This document shows, piece after piece, positions 1 through 8,817 of a stretch of 64,000 nt of DNA; position 1 is the stretch's first letter; every line of letters starts with the position of its first letter. The DNA is taken from NCBI GenBank assembly GCA_964422035.1, contig CAYQZQ010000001.1, positions 515,025-579,024 of the forward strand, written 5' to 3'. The position numbers and the translations under genes were made by a program. The stretch is from an uncultured Pseudomonadales bacterium (GTDB taxonomy: Bacteria > Patescibacteriota > Microgenomatia > UBA1400 > Chazhemtobacteraceae). Below the pieces are notes generated by a model that did not search any database, was not told the origin of the DNA, and saw nothing but the letters and a program-made list of their open reading frames with translations.

Positions 1-667
1 TGTGATGTCTATATAACCAATCATCGATGATCCTCTCTGATAGAGAATCACATCGGTGACCATCTTTAGCTTGGTATTGCTTAGCAAAGTGAACTGGATT
101 GGTTTGAAAACCTGCAGCTTGAATAGCTTTGTTCCAGGTACCAAAACCTCGACGAGCTGGCTGATATAAGTGATAAACTTCTCTTTTCATTGGAATACGA
201 CCATGTTTTTGATAAAAGTCTTTAATACCATCTAAGGCTTTTTTTCTAAAATGTGCTTGAGATTTGCGACTATTCATACCAAAACATTTCATGGAGCAGT
301 ATTTCTTGTATTTGGTACTGACCTTGTTGTGACATTTTTTATATTTACATATTGGCAAATTCTTAGTCTTGGCTGACTGGTATTTTTTAGTTTTAACTAC
401 GCGAGTTTTGTTGGTAACAGTAGCAGCGCAACTGTGAGAACAGAAGACATTTCCTGATGGCTCTACTTTGGAAGGCATGCGGGTAATTTTTTGGTCACAC
501 TCCGGATTTGAGCAAACATAAGTTTTGCTTTTTCTATGGAAGCTGTCTTGACATTTTTTGGAACAGTAATTCCTCCAACCCTTGCTTTGATTCTCTCTAA
601 CTCTGAAAAGAGGTTTTGAATATATCTGGCCGCAGTAATCACAAGTCACTTTTGTAGTAGGTCGCAT
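1..667 (-). CDS. Partial ORF (C-terminus beyond window start, not in ORF track): three FCS/TRASH-like zinc ribbons, an HNH-associated repeat and the start of an HNH-nuclease-like core
   Basis: Manual translation of the reverse complement from ATG at 665-667: MRPTTKVTCDYCGQ...YCSKKC...CSNPECDQ...FCSHSC...CKYKKCHN...YCSMKC...GRIPMKREVYHLYQPARRGFGTWNKAIQAAGF...AKDGHRCDSLSERIIDDWLYRHH. It stays open to position 1. The GFGTWNKAIQAAG segment resembles the repeat associated with HNH homing endonucleases. Confidence 0.5.
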   Translation of the reverse strand, partial: MRPTTKVTCDYCGQIYSKPLFRVRENQSKGWRNYCSKKCQDSFHRKSKTYVCSNPECDQKITRMPSKVEPSGNVFCSHSCAATVTNKTRVVKTKKYQSAKTKNLPICKYKKCHNKVSTKYKKYCSMKCFGMNSRKSQAHFRKKALDGIKDFYQKHGRIPMKREVYHLYQPARRGFGTWNKAIQAAGFQTNPVHFAKQYQAKDGHRCDSLSERIIDDWLYRHH

Positions 668-730
668 GTTTTGAACTTAAAAATAGTAAAAATAAACTGT
701 CTATGTGATAAAATGTGATCTGTTGATAAT

Positions 731-803
731 TCGGGCTGTAGTATAGTGGCAGTACAGGCCCCCGGGGCGGGTCAGGTTCCGGTTCAATTCCGGACAGCCC
801 GAC
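731..803 (+). tRNA. tRNA, probably tRNA-Pro (anticodon GGG read from loop CCGGGGC)
   Basis: Cloverleaf readable by eye: acceptor cgggctg/cagcccg, D arm gtat-agtggca-gtac, anticodon stem ggccc/gggtc, T arm tccgg-ttcaatt-ccgga, discriminator A. The 80-aa ORF 639..881 on the opposite strand overlaps it and is spurious. Confidence 0.7.
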
Positions 804-883
804 TGTTTTTACTGTACATCGGTCTTTTTTCAATCTTCTATTTCTCATTTTTGTTGACCGGTGTATAATTAATAACATCATCA

Positions 884-932
884 GGAGGGAAAGTCTGGCC
901 GGGTTAGTCCGGCCAGCTACACCTCCTTTTTT
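884..932 (+). terminator. Intrinsic terminator-like hairpin after the tRNA (ctggccgg-gttagt-ccggccag nested in ggagg/cctcc, then TTTTTT)
   Basis: Perfect 8-bp GC-rich stem at 895-916 with a T6 tract at 927-932. It overlaps the 3' end of the convergent NYN gene. Confidence 0.5.
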
Positions 933-1408
933 AATTTGTTTTTTAAGGGTGTGATAAATTCCAGATAAGGGTATAGATCGGAGTACAGTCGAGAATAAGC
1001 ACGACGATTGGGGATTAAGATCTTGGCTAGTTTGTTATTGCCAGCCAGATGATGAGCGAGGCAGTAAAAATCACCGTCACCAGTAACTATGACTGCTTGG
1101 TGATATTGCTGATAGTTGATTAGGGAGTGTAGAACCAGCTCGGCGTCAACATTGCCTTTGATCTTGGTAGTTCCGTTTTGTTTGATCTTGTAGGTGGGTT
1201 TGAAGATAAGATGAAAGCCAGCTTTTTTTAAGGATTGATATAAGCTTTGAAACTCTTTGACAAAGCCGATGAACAGATAGGCCTGATGAATGTTGTACTT
1301 ATCCTTAAGATAGGTGCGGAAGCGGAAAAAGTCTAGCGTCCAACCCTGGCTTTTGACACCACGATAAAGATTCTGACTGTCTATGAAAGCGTAGTTAATC
1401 TTGTCCAT
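917..1408 (-). CDS. NYN (LabA/PIN-like) domain protein, putative RNase
   Basis: FIDSQNLY...LFIGF...VDAELV...IVTGDGDF pattern typical of NYN domains. Confidence 0.55.
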   Translation of the reverse strand: MDKINYAFIDSQNLYRGVKSQGWTLDFFRFRTYLKDKYNIHQAYLFIGFVKEFQSLYQSLKKAGFHLIFKPTYKIKQNGTTKIKGNVDAELVLHSLINYQQYHQAVIVTGDGDFYCLAHHLAGNNKLAKILIPNRRAYSRLYSDLYPYLEFITPLKNKLKKEV

Positions 1409-1475
1409 TTCTCTTCTTCAATCAAATTTCTCTTACTCAACCTACTTTTAGATTAACCCGAAGTTAACCCTAATG

Positions 1476-1874
1476 TCAAGACTCAGTTTTGGAGGGAATA
1501 AAGTTAACCATCAGAGTTCTCTCTCGGGGGCCTGAAAACTCAAGTAAAACAATTTCTTGCCAGGTGCCCAGTTGTAGTTGGCCATTTTTTACTGGCACAG
1601 ATAAGTTGGGCCCTATCAGGGAAGCTAAGAAGTGATCTGGAAAGTGATCGGGGTCATGTGGGTGGTTAAAATCAAGATCAGGAATAAGTTTGTTAAAAAC
1701 TTTAAGGTAGTCTTGGTCAGTACCAGGATCCAGATCAGCGGTGGTAATGGCAGCGGTGGTGTGAGTAACAAAAAGATGAACTACCCCGTCTTGTGAAGGG
1801 AGTTTGCCTTCTATCTTATTGGTAATGTTAAGTACTTCCCGAGACTGGCTGGTGGCAATTTCTAGAGTCTTCAT
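1476..1874 (-). CDS. yjbQ: YjbQ/UPF0047 family protein (so-called secondary thiamine-phosphate synthase)
   Basis: 132 aa, VTHTTAAITTADLDPGTDQD...HPDH...LQLGTWQEIVLLEF matches the conserved YjbQ family. Confidence 0.6.
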   Translation of the reverse strand: MKTLEIATSQSREVLNITNKIEGKLPSQDGVVHLFVTHTTAAITTADLDPGTDQDYLKVFNKLIPDLDFNHPHDPDHFPDHFLASLIGPNLSVPVKNGQLQLGTWQEIVLLEFSGPRERTLMVNFIPSKTES

Positions 1875-2647
1875 TCTAGCTTGTCTACTTGTTTTTTGAT
1901 TAATCGTCGATAGGCGCAGTGCTCACAATCAGGATCGGCGTTAGGGATAGTATCAGAGTCTAATGTTTTTTTGGCTTCCATCAAAGCGGGCTCAACCCAG
2001 GAATCATCACCCTGATGAGAGATGATCTGAAGTTCAAATTCCAGTTTGCCGTCAAAGACTCTGTCTCCTTTTAAGCCATTAGCATAGACAAAGTAACCGA
2101 TATCAGAGACCTCAAAGTCTTTTTGGCGAAAGATCCATTGATATAGCTCTATTTGTTTTTTGTAACCCTGCTTGTATTTATCATCTAGACTGATCTCTTT
2201 GGTGGTAGAGGTGGATTTGTAGTCAACCATGTGTAGTTCTCCGCTTGAGTTTTCCCAGACATCATCGATGATGCCGCAGACTTCAAGATTGGTTGGCTCA
2301 TGCAAGACACAAGCACCTTTGTATTGATAGTAGTCGTCACGCCAGTCGGGCAGATCGGGATGTTGGAAAGGAACGGCGTCGATGTTGTATTTTTTCATTA
2401 AGACGTGAGGTTGTTGCTTTTCTCTAAGTAGATCAAACTCGTTTTTTAACAGGTGATCAACGGCGGAGTTTAAAGCCCAGCCGGGCATACTGGGCCGATC
2501 AAACCCTAGTCTTCTGTCTAGATAGAAGCAGCGGGGGCAGTCTAGGAAGCGCTCTAAACGAAAGCGGGAAAGGCGAAAGGGGTGAGAGTCGTTAGGATCA
2601 TAAAGATTTCTGGAACGCTTTTTGTAAGCCATGTATTTAGTATACAA
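1871..2647 (-). CDS. PD-(D/E)XK nuclease, Cas4/RecB-like, with 4-Cys cluster
   Basis: N-terminal CPRCFY and C-terminal CEHCAY cysteine pairs, a DYK motif and a QIELYQWIF (QxxxY) motif as in Cas4/RecB-family nucleases. 4-nt overlap with the downstream YjbQ ORF suggests an operon. Confidence 0.5.
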   Translation of the reverse strand: MYTKYMAYKKRSRNLYDPNDSHPFRLSRFRLERFLDCPRCFYLDRRLGFDRPSMPGWALNSAVDHLLKNEFDLLREKQQPHVLMKKYNIDAVPFQHPDLPDWRDDYYQYKGACVLHEPTNLEVCGIIDDVWENSSGELHMVDYKSTSTTKEISLDDKYKQGYKKQIELYQWIFRQKDFEVSDIGYFVYANGLKGDRVFDGKLEFELQIISHQGDDSWVEPALMEAKKTLDSDTIPNADPDCEHCAYRRLIKKQVDKLE

Positions 2648-2742
2648 TCTGTGAACTTAAGACCTTTAAATTATGTGTTAACCGATCATAATTTAGCCGG
2701 TCTTTGAGGAAGTTTTTGCTTTATAAGGTAAGATGAAAAAAG

Positions 2743-3426
2743 ATGCAGATAAAGAAAGCTTTTGAAAAATTGACTCCCAAGGGACTGGCAATAATTCTAG
2801 GTGTCTTTTTGGTTCCATCAATCGTTTTAAATTTCTATCTACACAAACAAAGTCAGGTCTGGCGGCAGGATATTAAGGTAGAGGGAGTAATTGATGGGGA
2901 CACCTTGGTTTTGGACGGCAAAGTAAGATTAAGACTGCGACATGCAGACGCCCCGGAACTTGAGTACTGCGGAGGGGAAGAAGCTAAACAACTATTAAGC
3001 CAGCTGGTGGAAGGGGAAAGAGTGCGGATAAGAGAGAGAATATTGGACCAGAGAGGCAGACCGCTAGCACTGGTTTATGTGGGAGATACATTAGTTAACC
3101 AGGAAATGATAGAGAGTGGCTGGGCGCGGTATCATCATGACACCTCGGACATAAAAGAACTGTTAAAAGAGGCCGGAAGCAAAGCCAAGGAAGAAAAGAG
3201 AGGTATATACGGAAAGTGCTGGGAGCAGGAGGAGAACAGTCAAAATGCAGAATGTAATATCAAGGGTAATATTGACAAAAATAACTCATCGATCAAGCGC
3301 TATTACCTGCCACATTGTGCCCATTACAAATTCACTATTATCGAAAAAGACAGAGGTGAGCAGTGGTTTTGCACTGAAGATCAAGCCCAAAAGGCAGGAT
3401 ATGTGAAAGCCAAGAGTTGTCATTAG
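2743..3426 (+). CDS. Membrane-anchored or secreted thermonuclease (SNase-like, YncB-type) with C-terminal Cys-containing NIKGNI...WFC..E.A..AGY tail
   Basis: N-terminal hydrophobic anchor. SNase core DGDTLVLDGKVRLRLRHADAPE...RGRPLALVYV...NQEMIESGWA. C-terminal CNIKGNI...RYYLPHC...EQWFCTEDQAQKAGYVKAKSC resembles the tail of Bacillus YncB-type nucleases. Confidence 0.65.
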   Translation: MQIKKAFEKLTPKGLAIILGVFLVPSIVLNFYLHKQSQVWRQDIKVEGVIDGDTLVLDGKVRLRLRHADAPELEYCGGEEAKQLLSQLVEGERVRIRERILDQRGRPLALVYVGDTLVNQEMIESGWARYHHDTSDIKELLKEAGSKAKEEKRGIYGKCWEQEENSQNAECNIKGNIDKNNSSIKRYYLPHCAHYKFTIIEKDRGEQWFCTEDQAQKAGYVKAKSCH

Positions 3427-3454
3427 CAGGTATCACTTTAAACAGGATAATATC

Positions 3455-3961
3455 TTAATTGAGGGTTTTTAAAACTAGATCGGTTGTTTGTTTTAGATCT
3501 TTTTTGGTAGTGTTGATGATTTTTTCGTCTTCTACTTGGCCGGGATCGGCATTTTTATACCATTTTTTCATCTGTTTGGATGAAATCGATTGACCTTTCT
3601 TTCTTTGCTTGTTTCTTTGGAGAGCAGTTTTTTGAGAGACTTCGAGAAAGACAAGGTCTATTTTTTTATCATTTTGATGACAGTATTTTCTAAGTTTGGT
3701 AAATAACTGACCGTTCTCGGCAACTGGTAAGATGCCTTCCAGGATAACCAGATAATTATTCTCAAGATATTTTTGGATAGCAAAGTTAAGAATCTGATTA
3801 ACCAAAAGTTTGTTATCCTCTCCAGGGACGACTTGCCAATAAAAGTAATCGGGTGATAGGACAGCTACTTTGGTAGGCAACAGTTTTTGCTGAATTGATT
3901 TGGCAACAGCTGATTTACCAGATCCAGGCCGACCACGTAATATTAATAGCTTTGATTTCAT
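3455..3961 (-). CDS. P-loop NTPase, small kinase-like (AAA_33/zeta-toxin-like fold)
   Basis: Walker A LILRGRPGSGKSAVAK, 168 aa. Confidence 0.4.
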   Translation of the reverse strand: MKSKLLILRGRPGSGKSAVAKSIQQKLLPTKVAVLSPDYFYWQVVPGEDNKLLVNQILNFAIQKYLENNYLVILEGILPVAENGQLFTKLRKYCHQNDKKIDLVFLEVSQKTALQRNKQRKKGQSISSKQMKKWYKNADPGQVEDEKIINTTKKDLKQTTDLVLKTLN

Positions 3962-4075
3962 ACTTATATCTTATCTTAAAAGATAGACAGTGATATTTTA
4001 GGATAGTTAAGAACACCATTGGTGCATTTGCCAAAAATAAGTAATTCTTATCAGACTAGACGATATAATTAGGAT

Positions 4076-4861
4076 ATGCAATTAAATACCTATAGAGATG
4101 CAGCAGTGGCTGGTCTGACCCAGGTGACGAATTATCGCAGTGAGGTTTGGGTTGGTTTTTTAAGTAAATTTTTTTCTTTGGGTGGAATAATTTTGCTTTG
4201 GATTGTTATATCTAAAGGGTCTTCTGAAGGATACAGTCTAAATTTTATAATTCCTTATTTTCTGATAGCCACTGCAAGCTCTGATTTAACAGATGCTGTT
4301 TCAACTCGTTTTACTCGCGTACTCAATGATGAGATCAAGGAAGGTACTTTAAGTTCTCATTTGCTACGACCGGTTAATCCGGCCTTGTTTCTTTATTCGC
4401 GTTTTTGGGGCAGACGCGGAGTAGTGGTGGCGACTTCTCTTCTGGCTATTCTTGGAAGTCTATTTTTTATCCCTGATTTGTCGGCAAAAAATATTTTATT
4501 TTATTTTATCTGTCTGATACTGGCCACACTGGTTTCTTTCTCGATCAATCTTTTTGTAGGAAGCTTGACTTTCTGGACGACGGAGGCGGATCACTTGCAA
4601 AACGTGGCTTCCCATATCATAAGAGTTTTTTCGGGAATTTTGATCCCGCTTTCATTTTTCCCTCTACTTTGGAAGAGAATTGTTTTTCTTTCCCCCTTGC
4701 CAGTTCTGGCTTATTTACCGGCAACTTTACTCCAGACAGGAGATTTTTCATCTTTGAGAGTACCTATCTTGGCTGCTTTTTTGTGGGCTTTGGTGCTACC
4801 CCTTTTGACTTTTAAGTTTTGGCAATTAGGAATAAGGCGCTATGAATCGGTGGGAATTTAA
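4076..4861 (+). CDS. ABC-2 type transporter permease
   Basis: 261 aa, about six hydrophobic segments. Co-directional and overlapping with the next permease, upstream of the ABC ATPase. Confidence 0.5.
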   Translation: MQLNTYRDAAVAGLTQVTNYRSEVWVGFLSKFFSLGGIILLWIVISKGSSEGYSLNFIIPYFLIATASSDLTDAVSTRFTRVLNDEIKEGTLSSHLLRPVNPALFLYSRFWGRRGVVVATSLLAILGSLFFIPDLSAKNILFYFICLILATLVSFSINLFVGSLTFWTTEADHLQNVASHIIRVFSGILIPLSFFPLLWKRIVFLSPLPVLAYLPATLLQTGDFSSLRVPILAAFLWALVLPLLTFKFWQLGIRRYESVGI

Positions 4862-5669
4862 AGAAGCTATTAAGCTTCGCTTCAAAATCAGCAAAGCCAT
4901 TTTGGCTTTTAATACCAAGCAAGCTCTGGCTTATGCATACAACAACTGGGGCGGAATGGCTTCCACGGTTACTTATATGATCACCTACTTGGCATTTTTA
5001 TCGATTATTTATGCCCGAGTGAAGAGCATCGCCGGTTACAGTTATGCCGATATGTTGATGTTCACCCTGGTGGGACAGATAAGTTTTTATACCAATTGGT
5101 TTTGGAGTTTGAACGGGATTCAGCAGATGGTAAGAGATGTTAACTCGGGACGGTTAGATTTGATTTTGAGCAAACCGCTGCCGGCTTTATGGTTTGTAAC
5201 CTTTCAGAAAGCCAATCTACCCAGTATTCTGTTTCAAAGTGTGCCGGCAATGATTCCCTTGTTAGTTTTGATAGCTAAACACGCCAGTTACCTTCCCAGC
5301 TTGAGAGCACTGTTTCTGGCCACTGTTTGTTTTATCTTGGGGGTTATTTTAATCCACTGTTTTACTTTCATCTTGGGACTGACGGTATTTTGGACCGGAC
5401 AGAATAGGGCAATGATTAATTTAGGTTATCAGTTGAGTTATTTTGGCGATACTATACCCTTTGAAGCTTATCCAAAGTCTATTGTTTGGCTGGGTCTGAC
5501 GATTGTACCCTTTTTGGCTCATATTGCTTTAACCAGCTCGTATCTGCTGGGCAAGACGGAATCTTTGAACTATCTGTTGATCGTTTTAGTAGCAGTTATT
5601 ATCTTTTTGGCTGCTAAAATTAGGCTGTGGCGGGTGGCTTTACGTCGCTACGCTTCAGCTTCATCTTAA
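4842..5669 (+). CDS. ABC-2 type transporter permease (second subunit)
   Basis: 275 aa polytopic membrane protein immediately upstream of the ATPase. Confidence 0.5.
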   Translation: MNRWEFKEAIKLRFKISKAILAFNTKQALAYAYNNWGGMASTVTYMITYLAFLSIIYARVKSIAGYSYADMLMFTLVGQISFYTNWFWSLNGIQQMVRDVNSGRLDLILSKPLPALWFVTFQKANLPSILFQSVPAMIPLLVLIAKHASYLPSLRALFLATVCFILGVILIHCFTFILGLTVFWTGQNRAMINLGYQLSYFGDTIPFEAYPKSIVWLGLTIVPFLAHIALTSSYLLGKTESLNYLLIVLVAVIIFLAAKIRLWRVALRRYASASS

Positions 5670-5683
5670 TAAATAAAAAATCT

Positions 5684-6685
5684 ATGTCTAAAATAAATAC
5701 TCTAGCTGTTGAAATCAGTGGACTAACCAAAGAGTACAAGGTACCGGTGAAGGAGAATTTCTTAAAGGATATTTTTGTACCCAACTTTGAATATTTTAGG
5801 GCAGTGACTGATCTATCATTTACCATCCAAGAGGGGGAGTCGGTGGCTTTGTTGGGACCCAACGGGGCGGGCAAGACTACTACTTTGAAGATGTTGACAG
5901 GCCTGCTATATCCCACCAAAGGAAAGATGGAAGTCTTGGGCTATACACCGACTAAACGACGATATTCGTTTCTGCGTCAGATCGCCTTGGTGATGGGGAA
6001 TAAGTCCGGGCTGTCTTGGGATCTTTCAGCCCAGCAGAGCTATGAGTTGTTTAAAACCATCTACCAGATTCCCCGGGAGAAGTATGAACAAACCGTAGAG
6101 GAGTTAACTTCTTTACTGGAGGTTGGAGAGTATCTTAATACTCCGATTAGAAATCTTTCATTGGGCCAGCGGTTAAAGTTTGAGCTTATTGGAGCTATTT
6201 TGCATTCTCCTAAATTGCTTTTTCTAGATGAGCCTACCATTGGACTGGATGTGATCAGTAAACGCAAGATAAGAGATTTTCTAAGATACTTGCATCAAGA
6301 AGAGCAGACGACCATACTCTTAACCTCGCATGAGATAGCCGACATTCAGAAAGTGTCAGACCGGGTGCTGGTGATAAACCAAGGCCAACTGGTTTATGAT
6401 GACTCTTTATCCAAGCTGGAACACTTGCATGAGGACAGAAAGTATTTGTCGGTAACTTTGAAGCAGAAAATAGATGAGGGAGAGCTTGGCAAAGTGGGCA
6501 AGATTGGAAATATTATAAAGTCAAGCGAGTATACCCAGACTATTGAGATTAAAAGAGAGGACCAGTCCAGAGCAGTCTCTTATTTGACAGAGAACTTTGA
6601 AGTAGATGATATTGATATCCAGCCGGTACCCTTGGATGAGATCATTGAGGATTTGTTTATTAAGACCAGAAAATCAATCGATTAA
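5684..6685 (+). CDS. ABC transporter ATP-binding protein (start reassigned to ATG at 5684)
   Basis: Walker A LLGPNGAGKTTTLKML, signature LSLGQRLKFEL, Walker B LLFLDEPTIGLD, H-loop TSHEI. The track ORF from 5627 has a non-conserved leader. Confidence 0.8.
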   Translation: MSKINTLAVEISGLTKEYKVPVKENFLKDIFVPNFEYFRAVTDLSFTIQEGESVALLGPNGAGKTTTLKMLTGLLYPTKGKMEVLGYTPTKRRYSFLRQIALVMGNKSGLSWDLSAQQSYELFKTIYQIPREKYEQTVEELTSLLEVGEYLNTPIRNLSLGQRLKFELIGAILHSPKLLFLDEPTIGLDVISKRKIRDFLRYLHQEEQTTILLTSHEIADIQKVSDRVLVINQGQLVYDDSLSKLEHLHEDRKYLSVTLKQKIDEGELGKVGKIGNIIKSSEYTQTIEIKREDQSRAVSYLTENFEVDDIDIQPVPLDEIIEDLFIKTRKSID

Positions 6686-6732
6686 AAGAAATTTCAGGTC
6701 CGTTTTTAAATTATCTATTATCCGACCCGAAG

Positions 6733-7923
6733 CTAGTCAGTATAGAAGATGCGATAAACTGCTCCTGAGGCATCATCAGAGACTAACAGAGAGCCATCAG
6801 ACATGGAAGTGATATCAACGGGCCTACCCCAAGATGAACCATCCTCTTTGAGCCACCCGGAAGCAAAGACTTGATAGTTGGAAGCTTGATCATCTTTAAT
6901 ATCAACCGTGGTTATTCGATAACCTATTGGAGTACTTCTATTCCAGGAACCATGTTCGGCGATAAAGACTTTGTCTTGATACGAACTGGGAAATAAATCA
7001 TGCTCATAAAAGCTTATCCCCAAAGCAGCTACGTGAGGACCAAGTTCTTGTTGAGGATCTTGGTATTGATCACAGTCAACATCTTCACCAAAATCAGGGT
7101 CTGAAATGTCAGAGCCGTGGCAGTAAGGGAAGCCGAAGTGCTGACCTATTGATGAAAGTTTATTTAACTCATCAGGAGGCTTATTGTCCCCTAACCAATC
7201 ACGACCGTTGTCGGTAAACCAAAGCGTATCAGTATCAGGATGCCAGTCAAAGCCGACGGTGTTTCTAATTCCTTGGGCAACAGTTTCAAAACCGGTGCCG
7301 TCTGGATTAAGTCGATGCAGGGCAGCATAAGGGGCATCTGGATCGCAGATATTGCAGGGGGCGCCTATGGGGACATATAACTTATCATCTGGACCAAAGG
7401 CTATGTATTTCCAACCATGGCTGGAATCAGAGGGCAGTTGATCAAAAACCAGCTGGGGCTCTGGATTGTCTGCATAAGTGGTATCGATGTCTGAGTACTT
7501 AGTTATCTTGTTGATCTGGGCGACATACAAGTCGCCATTGTATAGAGCGACTCCGTTGGGACTGTTAAGGGAGGAGTCGACGGTGATAACTTGATCTGCC
7601 ACCATATCATCATCTTCATCTACTAAAGCATAGACGTTGCCCTGATCACGAGAACCCACATAGACGATACCGTTTTGACTAATTACCAGAGAGCGAGCAC
7701 CGGGGACATCTTGAGCATAGTAGTGGATTTGGAAACCCTCAGGAAGAGAAATACCTGAAACTTGAGGGAGGTTTTGTTGATTTGAGTCTACAGCTTGATC
7801 AGTGGGAGGAGGACTGGTTTTGGGCAGTGAAACTTGGGACCTGAGAGTATAGAGATAATATGCAGCGGCAATTAGAGGCAGGGCTATTAGGGCAAATAAA
7901 AGAATTCTTTTATTTTTCATCAA
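6733..7923 (-). CDS. Soluble quinoprotein (PQQ-dependent) glucose/sorbosone dehydrogenase-like beta-propeller with N-terminal membrane anchor
   Basis: Segments such as PDGTGFETVAQGIRNTVGFDWHPDTDTLWFTDNGRDWLGDNKPPDELN and GQHFGFPYCHG match the GSDH/YliI family. Confidence 0.55.
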   Translation of the reverse strand: MMKNKRILLFALIALPLIAAAYYLYTLRSQVSLPKTSPPPTDQAVDSNQQNLPQVSGISLPEGFQIHYYAQDVPGARSLVISQNGIVYVGSRDQGNVYALVDEDDDMVADQVITVDSSLNSPNGVALYNGDLYVAQINKITKYSDIDTTYADNPEPQLVFDQLPSDSSHGWKYIAFGPDDKLYVPIGAPCNICDPDAPYAALHRLNPDGTGFETVAQGIRNTVGFDWHPDTDTLWFTDNGRDWLGDNKPPDELNKLSSIGQHFGFPYCHGSDISDPDFGEDVDCDQYQDPQQELGPHVAALGISFYEHDLFPSSYQDKVFIAEHGSWNRSTPIGYRITTVDIKDDQASNYQVFASGWLKEDGSSWGRPVDITSMSDGSLLVSDDASGAVYRIFYTD

Positions 7924-8710
7924 GGATTAGAGTTCTGCCTAAAGTTTCTATTTGGGAGATAGCTTTGTTGTAGTAAGCATTTTCGGTCTTGCCTTGAGCA
8001 TTTTTTTTCTTTTGTACTAGTTCTTTTCGTTTTTGATTAATCAGCCAAAGGACTGGATTATTGTCTTTCTCTTTTTTAGCTTGTTGAGAGAAGTCATTGG
8101 CGAGTTCTCTGCTGATCTTGTATTTACCTTGATCGATCTGGTTTTGGACGTATTCTAGAAAATACCTACCGTATTTATCGCCTTTTTTATCTTTTAGTTT
8201 GATAATTTCTTGACCCACTAAGGTGTAGATGAGGTCTTCAACTTTTTGAGGGTCTTGGAGATCTTCTTTGTTAAGCCGAGTAAGAAGAACATCAATGGTA
8301 TCAAGATCAAAGGAGTCGGCATCTTGCTTTATATCAATACTCTGCCCCTCTTTTTGGGCTTTATCTAAAACATCTTTGAATCTTTCTGAGGCTTTAGGAG
8401 CTGGTTGATCTATTTTTGGTTTTTCAGAAGCAGGTTGGTCAGGTTGTCCTTCTACTCTATTTTTGATGGGTTGGGATTGTTGGACAGGTTTTTCTGGTTT
8501 TGGTTTGGGAGGAGTTGGTGAAGGAGAAAACTCTGGAGGTGAGGCAGGTTGAGACAATGAGGAAAGCTCTTGAGGGCCTTTGGACTGAGATTGAAGTTCT
8601 TGTTGATTTTCCGAAGAAGAAGATTGAGAGGGAGTTTCAGATGTTTTTTGGTTTTTAATTCTCTGTACGGATTGCTTTAACTTGTCTTGGTCTAGATCTT
8701 TTAGTTCCAT
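7910..8710 (-). CDS. Hypothetical protein with a low-complexity P/Q/S/E-rich N-terminal half
   Basis: ORF only. No recognisable domain; compositionally biased. Confidence 0.3.
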   Translation of the reverse strand: MELKDLDQDKLKQSVQRIKNQKTSETPSQSSSSENQQELQSQSKGPQELSSLSQPASPPEFSPSPTPPKPKPEKPVQQSQPIKNRVEGQPDQPASEKPKIDQPAPKASERFKDVLDKAQKEGQSIDIKQDADSFDLDTIDVLLTRLNKEDLQDPQKVEDLIYTLVGQEIIKLKDKKGDKYGRYFLEYVQNQIDQGKYKISRELANDFSQQAKKEKDNNPVLWLINQKRKELVQKKKNAQGKTENAYYNKAISQIETLGRTLILDEK

Positions 8711-8817
8711 ATTGAAAGTTTAGCATATTAGTATCAGTTGACATTGAAAACATTATTCCAATAGAAAAGAATCTTTTTTAGATTTTTCATGGTGCGTTAA
8801 ACATACATTAAGAAAGG

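Noticed and set aside
639-881. 80-aa minus-strand ORF in the track
   Set aside because: It lies antisense across the tRNA at 731-803 and the terminator hairpin, and its protein has no similarity signal. Spurious.
2743-3426. Cys-rich C-terminal tail of the thermonuclease as a novel domain
   Set aside because: The NIKGNI...WFC..E.A..AGY..K tail is a known appendage of Bacillus YncB-type nucleases, so the architecture is established rather than new.
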